From the NCBI GenBank assembly GCA_964234715.1, contig OZ174291.1: 64,000 nt of DNA; one strand, written 5' to 3'. The notes under the pieces were generated by a model. The model was given only the letters and a program-made list of their open reading frames with translations, was not told the DNA's origin and did not search any database. How positions within the stretch are numbered: the first letter of the stretch is position 1; every line of letters starts with the position of its first letter. This DNA comes from Podarcis melisellensis. Its lineage: Eukaryota. This document shows, piece after piece, positions 24,436 through 35,789 of the stretch. Made by a program: the position numbers and the translations under genes.

Positions 24436-26416
24436 GTAAGTGCATTGCAGCTCGCGAAATAAATGCTGCAGCTGCTCTACTCGGAACCTTGAGCAGTATT
24501 ACGGAACTGCAGTCCCCATACACAATTTATTTGTCCCGTCTGGATGGTAACTGTGTGATGATGGCTGGTTGCCGGGAGCTCAACTTGCCTAACAGCAGGG
24601 CTAGAAGACGTTCTAGCCCATCAGTAACTGCAACGGAACTGCAACCAATAACCACAACTGGGGGAAACAGAACGTGTGGGTGCACAACAGTGACCTGTAT
24701 CAGAACATCGAGCCTGCAATATAAAGCCTCCAGTTGGGAGCACTTGGGACATGCCTGGCCGACGCATGCAGGACACATAGATAAAAGGGGCCTGAAGCAG
24801 AGAGAGGGACAATCTCCTTTGTGTGCAGAAGCTGGAGCAAGGGATCCCTGTGGTCTGTGCTTCCTTCCATAGCCAAGACCCGACAAGGATTCAGAATTCA
24901 CTTTTCTTGCTGTTGAGTTGGGTTCTTCTTCTTCTTCTTCATCCTGAGCAGCTTCTAGCACAAACTCTTTCCTAGTGTCTTTTCAAACCATTTCTGCTCA
25001 TCAGCGCCTTGCCCTGCTGAAGCAGAGAAAACGTGTCCCCAAAGGATTATGCACATGTCAGTTCTGGACAGATTTCTTTGGTAAGGCAGTGGGAGGAAAA
25101 CGCAGGTTTAAAACTCGGGAGAGACGAGCAGCCTATCTAGGCTCTGACAACAGAAGTTTAAAGGTGGCTTCTCCCCTGTACTGTAATAGCCATACATGGG
25201 ATGGAGACAAGTTCTTTTTTATAATAAAGGCTTTTCAATGTAAAATTGAATGTTAAAGCAAACAAACAAGAAAAAATATATATAGTTAAAGTTATAAAAT
25301 GTAGGATAAGGACAGAGCTTGTATTTTCTAAATAACAGAGAGTAGATACCGTAGAAAAATTCAATCAGCAGAACACCACCATAAATGCTATTTTTTCCCT
25401 TTGAGGTTCAAATAATAATAAAAATAATATATATTATTTATTTATACCCTTCCCTCCCCGGCCAGAACCGGGATCAGGGTGGCTAACACCAATAAAATTA
25501 CAATAAAACATAACAGAAAAAGAAAAAAACAGTTAATTAAAATACGAGTTCAACTGTAAGGGCAGGTTCATGTGTTACGTTTTCCATACACTGTGAAGTA
25601 ATAATATAATAATTGCCCAGGTAGAAGTGAGCAAAATTTTATTGTCCTGAACAGGTTTTTACCTTATGTATCCAACCACATATGGCCAGATGCTCTTTAG
25701 TGTCAACAAGCAGAGCTTAAAAGATGGCACAGTCTTCTACAGCTTCTGTTTGGCAGATTAATTCTTCTGTGCACTGGTCTAATTCAGCCTTTGCCAATCT
25801 GGTGCCCTCCAGATGTTTTGGACGGCAGCTTCCATCAGCCCCACAAAGCCCACGTAGCTGGACGATGCTGGGGCTGGTGGGAGTTGCCAAACAAAACATC
25901 TGGAGGGCACCTGGTTAGAGAGAGAGATGGGGGCAGGAATCCAATGTGGTTCACTTCTAAATGCAAATCTCATCTCATTCACACTTCCTTTAAAAAAAAA
26001 AAGAAGGAAAACTCAGCTTTTATCTTTAGAAATTTGCCCTTCTCCAAATGTTCCTATACAGTTCACCAGCCCCCAAAAGTTTATAAAAAGGCATAGTGGA
26101 AATGACTTGTAAGCATCTGTGTTTATCAAGCGAAACTGTCTACAGGAAAAATGTGCCCTAAAACACTTAAGATTTTTTGCAAGGACTTGCTTTTTTTGGG
26201 GGGGGGGCGGCAAACTAATGTGAAAATGCAGCAAACTGAATTGGGTGGGGCGTGGGGGGCTGAAAAGGTGAGAGAAGTTGGAATTGACAGACTTGCCCAT
26301 CCCTAGTTGGGAAAAGCTGGTCTAATCTCTTTTCAAATCCAACTCATGGCCACATTTTGCAGAAGCAAATCCCTCTCTGTTCTTAAGAAGGAAAAACGGC
26401 TGTTAGGTAGGTCATA

Positions 26417-26617
26417 CAGTGGTACCTCTGGTTACATACGCTTCAGGTTACAGACTCCGCTAACCCAGAAATATTACCTCGGGTTAAGGACTTTGCTTCA
26501 GGATGAGAACAGAAATCATGCTCTGGCGGCAGCAGGAAGCCCCATTAGCTAAAGTGGTGCTTCAGGTTAAGAACAGACCTCCGGAACGAATTAAGTACTT
26601 AACCCGAGGTACCACTG
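26417..26617. mobile_element. Tc1/mariner (Tigger-like) MITE; same family at 30107-30332, 47644-47869, 61319-61552, partial at ~8985-9070
   Basis: TIRs CAGTGGTACCTC(G/T)GGTTA / TAACCCGAGGTACCACTG with TA on both flanks. Confidence 0.85.
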
Positions 26618-26709
26618 TATTTGTGTTTTGGGGGTGAGGGGGAAGTTTACCCATTTGCAGCGCAACATAGAGATTGCTGTTCCTTGGCTGTGGTTCCTTT
26701 CTTTTTCAG

Positions 26710-26800
26710 TCTGACGCTGCCTGTGAGCGAACAGAACAGGACGCCATCCACCTGGCCAATGAAATGCAGGCAGAATATTGGTCCGTTTCAGCCAAGACAG
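26710..26800 (+). CDS. RAB36: RAB36 coding exon 8 (SDAACERTEQDAIHLANEMQAEYWSVSAKT)
   Basis: G5 motif SAK; tttttcag| ... G|gtgagt, 91 nt. Confidence 0.96.
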
Positions 26801-27244
26801 GTGAGTTGAGCCTATTGAAGTGTTTGGACTGACGGGGTGGGCATGCCAGCTGGTCTCCTTCAAGGAGTTAAGCTGCCAGCTTGCCCAGGGACTTATGTGG
26901 GACAGTGTCTTTCATAGTGATGCTCTGCTTGGGTGCAGAGTTTGATTCTTGTGAAATGCACCCTTCTGCTCTGGAACTCCACACAGGCTCATGCCAAGAT
27001 GCCAAAGGTAGTCCCTTGAACACCCCCCTCAATTTTTGGGAGGGGGTGGGTAGGGATGTTGGAAGAGACACGAGCCATTTGGTTTATGGCAGCTGCCTAT
27101 AGTACCACCCTGTGTTTAAAACGGGAGTGGCTAACCCATGACCCTCCAAATTTTGATGAACTCCAACTCCCATCATCCCCAGCCAGCATTTAACTACAAC
27201 TGCTGCAGTTTGAGAGCCACGGGTTAGACATGCACACTTTAAAG

Positions 27245-27380
27245 CAGTCTTTCCCAAACTTGGGCCTCCAGCTGTTTTTGGACTACAACTCCCATCATCC
27301 CTAGCTGGCAAGACCAGTGGCCAGGGATGATGGGAATTGTAGTCCAAAAACAGCTGGAGGCCCAAGTTTGGGAAACACTG
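27245..27380. mobile_element. 136-bp palindromic hAT MITE (same family as 23866-24001)
   Basis: Near-perfect hairpin; 8-bp TSD ctttaaag / ctttaaat. Confidence 0.85.
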
Positions 27381-27517
27381 CTTTAAATACTCGAGCCCCA
27401 CTTGTTTTATGTTGCTATGGCCGTTGGCTAGTGCGAATAAAGTTTATCTTATCTACTTGAGCCCCTCAAAGGTTATAGGATTCCCTCTACCTCCCCACCC
27501 TCTCTTTCTCTCACCAG

Positions 27518-27637
27518 GGGAAAACGTCAAGGGTTTTTTTTCCCGAGTTGCTGCCTTGGCCTTTGAAAAATCGATGCTGATGGAGCTGGAGAAGAGCAAC
27601 AGCCGAATGACCCAAATTGGTGCAGGGAACCTCATCA
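27518..27637 (+). CDS. RAB36: RAB36 coding exon 9 (GENVKGFFSRVAALAFEKSMLMELEKSNSRMTQIGAGNLI)
   Basis: caccag| ... A|gtaggt, 120 nt. Confidence 0.95.
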
Positions 27638-28258
27638 GTAGGTTGAACTGAATTGTCTTTGTTTGATTAAAAACAAAAGATTTTCAAGGGATGGGGATAG
27701 TGAAGGGGCCAGACAGTTTTTCCTTCTGCTTAGAAAAGTCTTTGCTGAGTGGTTCCTCTCCAACCATTTTGGGCTACCACTCCCATCTGCCCCAGAATCG
27801 CAGGACCACTTGGAAACTTCAGCAGGCCTGAAAATGCAGTAGCAAAATGACTGACCAGGGTTCCACTTGCATAATCCGTGTTTTAAAACTGGTTGCACTG
27901 GTTTCTGTTCTGTTCCCAGGCCCAGTTCAAGATGTTCACATTCATCTTCAAAGTATGAAATAGGTTATAGGCGGTCTTTCTGGTATCTGGGGCCCCTTTT
28001 CCTACTTCTCTGTGTTCTGTGCTGTAGCACACACACCTTCCCTTGGGTAAGCTGATTCTGTCTTAAGTGGTATATAATCTTCTTATGAATAAATAATAAA
28101 TATAAAGGCATATAGCAGCTCCTCCCCTCCACAGTGACTAGGACTGATAGGACTTGCAGCCCCAAACCTCTGGAGGGCACCAGGTTGGGGAAGGGAGGCC
28201 AGTAGGACCCCAGCCTTCATGCCGACAAGCACAGGAAGGTTGCCTGCCCATCTAGTAA

Positions 28259-28466
28259 AAAAGGTAAAGGGACCCCTGACCATTAGGTCCATTCGTGGCC
28301 GACTCTGGGGTTGCAGCGCTCATCTCGCTTTACTGGCCGAGGGAGCCGGCGTACAGCTTCCGGGTCATGTGGCCAGCATGACTAAGCCGCTTCTGGCGAA
28401 CCAGAGCAGCGCACGGAAACACCGTTTACCTTCCCACCAGAGTGGTACCTATTTATCTACTTGCAC
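28259..28466 (-). mobile_element. Sauria SINE, 3' part
   Basis: Matches the other Sauria SINE copies. Confidence 0.85.
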
Positions 28467-28569
28467 CATGCAAATGTTTCTGAAGACTGGGATGTTGCCT
28501 GTTAACCATTTCTGGAAAGTGATGTTCCGAAAGGATTGATTTGGCCATTTCTTTGTTCCCTTGTTGCAG

Positions 28570-28637
28570 AAATAGAAGGGGACTTGCCAGAGACTTTGGA
28601 ATCCAACCCACAAGCCAGCCCAAGTTGTTGCTCGTAG
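28570..28637 (+). CDS. RAB36: RAB36 last coding exon (KIEGDLPETLESNPQASPSCCS*); spliced CDS 807 nt = 268 aa
   Basis: ttgcag| acceptor; di-cysteine prenylation motif before TAG. The ten exon lengths sum to 807, a multiple of 3. Confidence 0.92.
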
Positions 28638-29608
28638 CCAGCTGTGGGTATAACAAGTTCCTGGCCTGCTGGAGGATTCGCCAAATTGCACTTCAGGAAA
28701 GCAGCTGAATATCTGAACAAGCAGCAGCAGCAGGACGAGGAGGGGGGCAGGGAAGCAGCGGTGCAGCCCCCCCTCCCCGCCAAAGCCCACTTTGCTTTGA
28801 TCTTCCTTCAGGGGAACGGACAGCCTCTCTCCTCTCTTTGGAAAAATTCTATTTTCTGAGCTCACGTTATGGGAAATGATCTGCCTTTTCCAGGAGGGTG
28901 TGTTTGTTATCGGCACAATCTGTCTTTCTCTTTCTCTTTCTCTCTTTCCCTCTCCAGGAAACCCATCCTGTTCTAAACTTGCAAAGCCTGTTTCTGTGGA
29001 AACGACAGACCTTGGGAGTGGAGAGCACACGATGGACCTACCCTATGAGAGAGGCTGCAGATGTGAAGGAAGCTCAGATTTGGTGTCTCTCTGTGAATTG
29101 GGTTAGACCTGGCGCCCTCCAGGTGTTGGGGGCTAAAACTCCTTCTAGCCCAGCTAAGGGAGCAGGTCGGTCTTCCCTAGATGCCTTGGACCTCTTGACT
29201 GTGGCTGGAGGGAAATGTAGTCCCAAAACAGCCTCTACCAGCTGATGCTCCTGAGAGTTGTAGTCTTGGCAGCTTTGCATCCTTCTCAAGCTGAATTTCT
29301 CTAGTTCGTGATCACCGTGGTTAATCATAGTGCTGACTTAATCATGGTTAAGAGCAGCAGGAGGAATCTGTAGAATCCGAGGGGTGAGGAAATGAAGGAA
29401 GAGAAAGCATGTAGTCCTGTGGTCCTTCTCAGATGGTGGTTAAGGAATGAGCAGCATCATTCCATCTTAGCCAGTAGTGGGTGGTAGGTTGCCTCCCGAG
29501 TCCGCTGCATTGCTCCGAGGTGTGGAATGATCCCACTTCTCTAACTGCCTTAGATATTAGCAGCTGCAGTTGTACAAAACTGGTCTTTATTTTCATGTCA
29601 GTTGTGGA

Positions 29609-29614
29609 ATTAAA
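29609..29614 (+). terminator. Candidate RAB36 polyA signal ATTAAA
   Basis: First canonical-type hexamer I found after the stop codon; no transcript support available. Confidence 0.3.
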
Positions 29615-31620
29615 CGTGCTTTCTGATGTCCTCTGAAGACTGATACTTTGGAAGCCAGAACAATTTATGCTAAAACATCCCCCCACCCCAGGAGAAAGGG
29701 GAGAGCTGCTTAAAGCCCAGAATGTGCCTCTTGGCTAGTTTGGTGTGTGTGTTCCAGCCAGATTGGATGCTGATGGGCGAGTCCGTCATTTCTCTGCTAC
29801 CTTTAATCTTTCTGGCACCTTCCCCAGGCACTGGGTGCCACAGACGTTTTGTTAGTGTAAATGTGGCATGCCTCCTCCCTGGTGGCCAGAAAACTGCTTG
29901 GCCCCTGAATCCAATGAGAGCTGAACCTGTCAAAAGGCAAAGGCTATGCACACATTATAGGCTTAAAAGCACAGCTAAGATGGGGTCGTCGTCCCCCTCC
30001 CCCTTCTCAAAACGGATCAAAGCTAGTTTGTGGGGAAACACACCAAAGCACAGTATTTCATCAGAAACAATAGGATAGATCTGGATTGCGGCTAATGTTG
30101 TGTGTACACTGGTACGTCAGGTTACATACGCTTCAGGTTTCAGATTCCACTAACCCAGAAATAGTACCTCGGGTTAAGAACTTTGCTTCAGGATGAGAAC
30201 AGAACTCGCACGGTGGTGGCGCGGCAGCAGCAGGAGGCCCCATTAGCTAAAGTGGTGCTTCAGGTTAAGAACAGTTTCAGGTTAAGAACGGACCTCCGGA
30301 ACGAATTAAGTACATAACCAGAGGTACCACTGTACTCCTTTCCAAACTAGAAGTGGGAGTGAACTGAATGTGTACACAAGTTTAGATATGGTCCCTGAGG
30401 GAGGAGATTGCCTCCTTTCCTTTCTGAACTGAGCTGATTGCTTTCACTCCCATAGGAAACTGTCAAGGGCACCATTTGGGGATCACTGTGGCTCCTTGTC
30501 TCTGGCCAAAACAGGTGGAAGGGATCGGGGGGAACTTTCCAGAACTCGAAGCAAGCCAAGGAAATGAACTGCCCAGTTAGCAAGCTCTCTTCCTTCGGTG
30601 GGGAGTCAGAGCAGGGGTATCAAGAACCTTTGGCTCCCCCTTGTTCTCAGGTTCTCTCGGGGCCTGGCGTCCCCCTGGAAGCCACTCAGATTCCCCCCAC
30701 TCCTTGCCTTATGATGCCACCATTCACTTTCCTCTGATTGCCAAAGACAGTAATTGTTCCTTTTGGAACATGTAGGAGGCAGCGAGGGCTCTTTCCACCC
30801 GAGGCTGTGCTATTTCCTGCAACGTTATAACATTCAGTGCAGCTCCTCTTCCCTCTGAAATAGACTTCATATGGCGCTTCTGAGTTGCGTTTTGACTTTT
30901 GGGGGGGCGGCACACTCAGGCGGAGCAGAAAGGGGAAGGAGTCATTACGACATGTACGAGCATCTGTGATGATGATGCACGGCTGAGTCCCAAGGATTGA
31001 TGTGGGTTCTGTCCCAACGTGCCAGCATCATGCATTCTGCAAACATTACCTTTGAAAGATCAAACAAAATACAAAGGATATGTTGGGTTTGGTTCATAGG
31101 TGTGGGTCAACCAGGGAAGGGCCACGGGCTTCTCCCTGGACTGCTGGTCTCGAGGCTGCTGGCCAGCCACAGTTGGGAGAAGGATGCAAGGCCAGATTGA
31201 CGCACTTGGGTCTTCTCCAGAAAACCAATTATTCATGTCTTGATAAGATCAAGCACGTTGTGTGTGTGTGTTCCTTTTGAACTGTGCATTCCTTTGCCAC
31301 ATATAGGATTCCACTCTGCATCCTTCTGTTAGAGAAACAGAAGTGGATGATCGACAGAAAGGGCACAGCTCTTCATTTTAGCAATGGAACAAGAAACCAC
31401 CTTGTCCTCTGCTATTTGTGACAGGTACACGAAGGCCTGGCTTTAGGGTGTGTGGCTATCACGATCAATCACTCATTTTCACACATTCAAACACACATAA
31501 AAAAAAACTTGCGTGACGTTACTGTTGACAGATAGCTTAGTCAGGATGTTCAAAGGGAAAACTCGTAAGCTCTGGCTGGATGAAAGCTGCTTCCCTCCCG
31601 CCCCCTTCCATTTGCTTGTA

Positions 31621-31872
31621 CAGTCATACCTTGGAAGACAAACGGAATCTGTTCCGGAAGTCCGTTCGACTTCCAAAATGTTCAAAAACCGAACCGCGGC
31701 TTCTGATTGGCTGCAGGAACCTCCTGCAGCCAATCAAAAGCCACGGAAGCCCCATCAGACATTCAGGTTTCAAAAGAACATTCAAAAACCAGAACAATCA
31801 CTTCTGGGTTTGCGGCGTTTGGGAGCCAAAATGTCCCGAGTTCCAGGACGTTCGGGATCCAAGGTACGATTG
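31621..31872. mobile_element. Tc1/mariner (Tigger-like) MITE, second family
   Basis: TA-CAGTCATACCTTGG ... CCAAGGTACGATTG-TA imperfect TIRs. Confidence 0.75.
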
Positions 31873-32043
31873 TAATTTCTTGATCCGATTCTAATTTCTC
31901 AGTTTAGCTTTTATATTTAAGTGTGTTATAAGGGAAGGGTTCTGCATGATGCACCTTCTGTTTGCTCATCTGGTAGAAGTTGTTAGCAGCCAGGTAAATA
32001 TTGGAGGACTCCTTGCTTTTGCACTGAAGCCTGCTAGCTGGCT

Positions 32044-32045
32044 GG

Positions 32046-32097
<52 letters not shown>

Positions 32098-32099
32098 CA
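32044..32099. repeat. (GGCA)n tetranucleotide microsatellite
   Basis: Direct read, about 14 units. Confidence 0.95.
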
Positions 32100-34426
32100 A
32101 GTCCCTCCTCTCCTGATGCCTCCCAGAGGAAATTATTCTGAGAGGCTTAGGTGGGGGAGCAAGATGCTCAGGGGCATATTATGTGAACAAATGGTGCATG
32201 TGTCCATTAGGAGGCAGATCGGGATCTACTGGGAGATGTCTGGAGTGCTCTGCATTAGGAGGCCTGCCTTTGGAAAAGGAATGCTAAGAAAAATGCAATG
32301 CACCCTTTGTAAAAATGGGCCTCGCAGCAGCTTTCTGGCCAAGGTATGTGTGTGAGGGAGACCAGCTACTTTTGCCCACAGGAGGGAGTGGCAAAAATGC
32401 CTGGCTTCTTGCATGGCTTCTTCAGAGATACAGCAAGGGCTTCAGGCTCATTGTGGGAACACGAGAGGGCTTGTGTGGTTATGAAGCTTGCTTGGGAGCT
32501 CTTGAAGACAAGCCTGCCTGCAGAGACTTTAGAATAATAGAATTGGACAGGACCTTGGGGGTCATCTAGTCCGACCCCCTGCAATGCAGGAATCTTTTGT
32601 CCAATGTGGGTCTCAAACCTCAGATGACCTCAGCAAAGTGGTCCGAGTTCTTTCAAAGGACCATTTTATTTAGAAAAAATAGTATATAGGCTGCTTTGTC
32701 AGAAAACACTCATAAGTGATGCTCATTATAAAGGATCTAGGAAAGGGGCATGGGATCTGTGCAGAATGCTGACTCTTACATGCTTATGGTCACGCCAAGA
32801 CATTTGGTATGCTCTGCTCATTAACACATGGGAGAAAGTTCTCCTGAGCCAGCGCCATTGAGAAGAAGCCCAATAATGGGAAGAGCAGACTGGGAAGTGG
32901 ACAGATCTCAGTGGAAAGGCAGCCCCTTTGAAATGAAAGAGACCAATGTGAGATAGCATCAGTGTGTTTCAAGGGCACTTGCTCAGGAGAACTGCCCAAT
33001 CGTGGGAGGCAGATCTGAAGGAGCACAAATCTCCCACTCTGTGCATCTTGAGGAAGAAGCAAGAGCCACTGGGCTCCATGGGGCCACTTACTCTCCATCT
33101 GCCCCGCAGCCAGCATGAATACGTAGCCTTAATGGTGCCTCAAGTGAAGCCCACCTGTCACGGCTGACCTCTACCTATCAGGAATCCTGAGCCTGGCTTC
33201 TTCAAGGGGGAAAGAAGTGGATAAACCCAGCATTAACTTCTGCAGCATATGCTCCAGGGTAGATTAATGCAGAGTGTGGCCACCGGTCTACAGGGCATAT
33301 AAGAGGCCTTAATGCCGAATCCCCTCCCAGCTCATTTGTTGACTCGAGGGTGATCTGCGGTGCTGAGCTCCTTTCGGAAAGCTCCTTGAGGAAAGAAGGG
33401 AATCCTACATCTCCCCACCATTTTAATTGGGTGTACATTTAAATGGGCGATACTAGGTTGTTGCTTGATTGTTTTCTGTAATAATAATAATAAATTAAAA
33501 AATTAAATAAATTGTTTATAACCCATCCATGTGGCTGAACTTGCCCTATATGTATTTTAAATTTTAAGTGCTTCAAGACTGTGATATATATAAATATTAA
33601 CAAAAACAAATAAACAGTTAAAACCATAATAGCATCAAAAAGCAACCGTCACAAAAAACGTCCTAAAGCATTTCCAAAGGGGTAGTTGTGCTGGTCTGGT
33701 GCAGCTAAAACAACGAGGCAATGGGAGGTAGGGGGAAGAGAAATTTATTATCCAGTCCAAAGATGGCAAGACAAATGCCTTCTCAAATCAAGCTGCAATC
33801 CTATATTGTGTTTATTTGGAAGTTTGCCTGAGAACTGAGAACCCCCGCTTTGAACCATCTTGTGTGGCAGGGATTATTCTGTGTTAAGTGGAGGAATAAT
33901 CTGAATGCTAGCAAACCATTTTCCCAAGAGGGGGCGGAGGGAAGTTGTCATAATTTGTCCTGATATGCTAGAAGCAAAAGTGGTTAAGAGGTTTGATGGA
34001 TTATTGAGCAGCATTAAAAATGGAGCAGGCTTAATGCTTTGGCGTGAGCAGCAGCAACACCCTCCATCTATGGGTCCCAAAGCCCTTCCCAAACACCAGT
34101 TAATTGCCTGGCAGCTCCTATAGACCAACCTCCCACACAGATGGAGATAATAATAACAACTCGCTTTCATTTGAAGCCTGTTTATTTTAGTCAGGAAGCC
34201 TCTCTGGGTTTCTGGGAAAGGAGGGCCACATGGCTGGGGCTGAGCACATGAAAGGCACCCTGCTCTCTGCAGACGATGGAATGGCTCAAGGTAGGCTGCC
34301 CAGGTGATGCCATGGGGAAGGGGGTGGGGCTCTGCTCCACTCTTTGCCTAGGTGTCAGGAAAGAAGAAGAGAAAGGTTCTGGGTTGAGAACACATTAATA
34401 AGCAGAGTCATCCTATCCTTTGGAAT

Positions 34427-34758
34427 AAAGGTAAAGGGACCCTTGACCATTAGGTCCAGTCGTGACCGACTCTGGGGTTGCGACGCTCATCTCGCTTTAT
34501 TGGCCGAGGGAGCCAGCGTACAGCTTCCGCGTCATGTGGCCAGGCGAACCAGAGCAGCGCACGGAAACGCCATTTACCTTCCTGCCAGAGCGGTACCTAT
34601 TTATCTACTTGCACTTTGACGTGCTTTCGAATTGCTAGGTTGGCAGGAGCAGGGACCAAGCAATGGGAGCTCACCCAGTCACGGGGATTCAAACCGCCAA
34701 CCTTATGATTGGCAAGTCCTAGGCTCTGTGGTTTAACCCACAGCACCACCCGCGTCCC
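34427..34758 (-). mobile_element. Near full-length Sauria SINE
   Basis: 11-bp TSD atcctttggaa at 34415-34425 and 34759-34769. Confidence 0.9.
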
Positions 34759-35789
34759 ATCCTTTGGAACAGCCACAGCCAAAAAGATCTTCAACTCCGT
34801 ATGATGGCGGGAGAGGGACTCTGACAAGCTTCTAAGCACATAAGCAGAGGCCTGGATCTTCATCAGACCCAAGGCCCTCTTCGCCAATCAGGACAGTTAA
34901 AAGAAAGTATTTCTTCCCACTGTGCACAGCTAAAACTATGAAACTGCAGGAGGCAGTGATGACCACCAACTTGGATGGCTTAAAAAGAGGATTAGGCAAA
35001 TTTATGGGGAGAGGGAAGGCTACTGGGGGTGCAAACTCCAATAAAATATTGGGGGCAGTTAAAATAAACCCTGTCCCACATAATCACCTAATGCGATGCG
35101 CACACACACAACATTTGAATGGGAATCCCCCTGAACTTGGGAAAGGAAGCCCCCCTCAAATATTTTATTGGAGGGGCTGAAGCGACCTCGGCTGGAGCTG
35201 TTGGCTCCTATGGGGTAAAATATTGGGGGAGGCCAGGTAAGCCCTGCCCCGCATAATCAATCACAAGATGCCTCACACACCCCATTTGAACTGGCCCATC
35301 AACTGGAGGGGGAGATGTCCCCCTCAAGTATTTTATTGGGGGCAGCGGCAAAGGGACTTCAGCCCCCTAGGAGTTGGCTCCTAAGGGCGCAAGGGTTCAT
35401 GTGCTCGGATCCTGCACTTGGCTGTGAGAAAAGGACGCTGCCCTAAGGCAGGCTAGCGCCAAGGCTCTTCCGCTGCTCCATTCTCACAACAGGGAGCCCC
35501 CTACCCAGCAGGGGTGCCAACTTGATTTTTTTTATGGGGTGGGGGCAGGTAAACCCAGTCCAGCATCATCGACCACATGACACGGCGCACTGGCACTACT
35601 GTATTTGAATGGCAACGCTCATCAACTTGGGGGTGAGGGGTGCAGCCCCTCCAAAAATATTTTATTGAGCGAATGAAAGCCCCTCGACCCCTTGGAGTTG
35701 GCTCCTCTGCCCCCACAGCATTACCGGAAAGGGAAGCGTCCTCTCTCCTACCCTAACCTGGGCTCCGATCCTTTTGGCAGGTCTGGCCC

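Noticed and set aside
24495-24960. Possible LTR-like segment (repeated acggaactgca, TATA-like gataaaagggg) and 127-144-aa ORFs
   Set aside because: No clear TG...CA ends, TSD or protein homology.
23866-27380. Long hairpins as pre-miRNAs or a CRISPR-like repeat series
   Set aside because: 8-bp TSDs and dispersed copies identify them as hAT MITEs. There is no regular repeat-spacer array or cas gene, and the DNA is eukaryotic.
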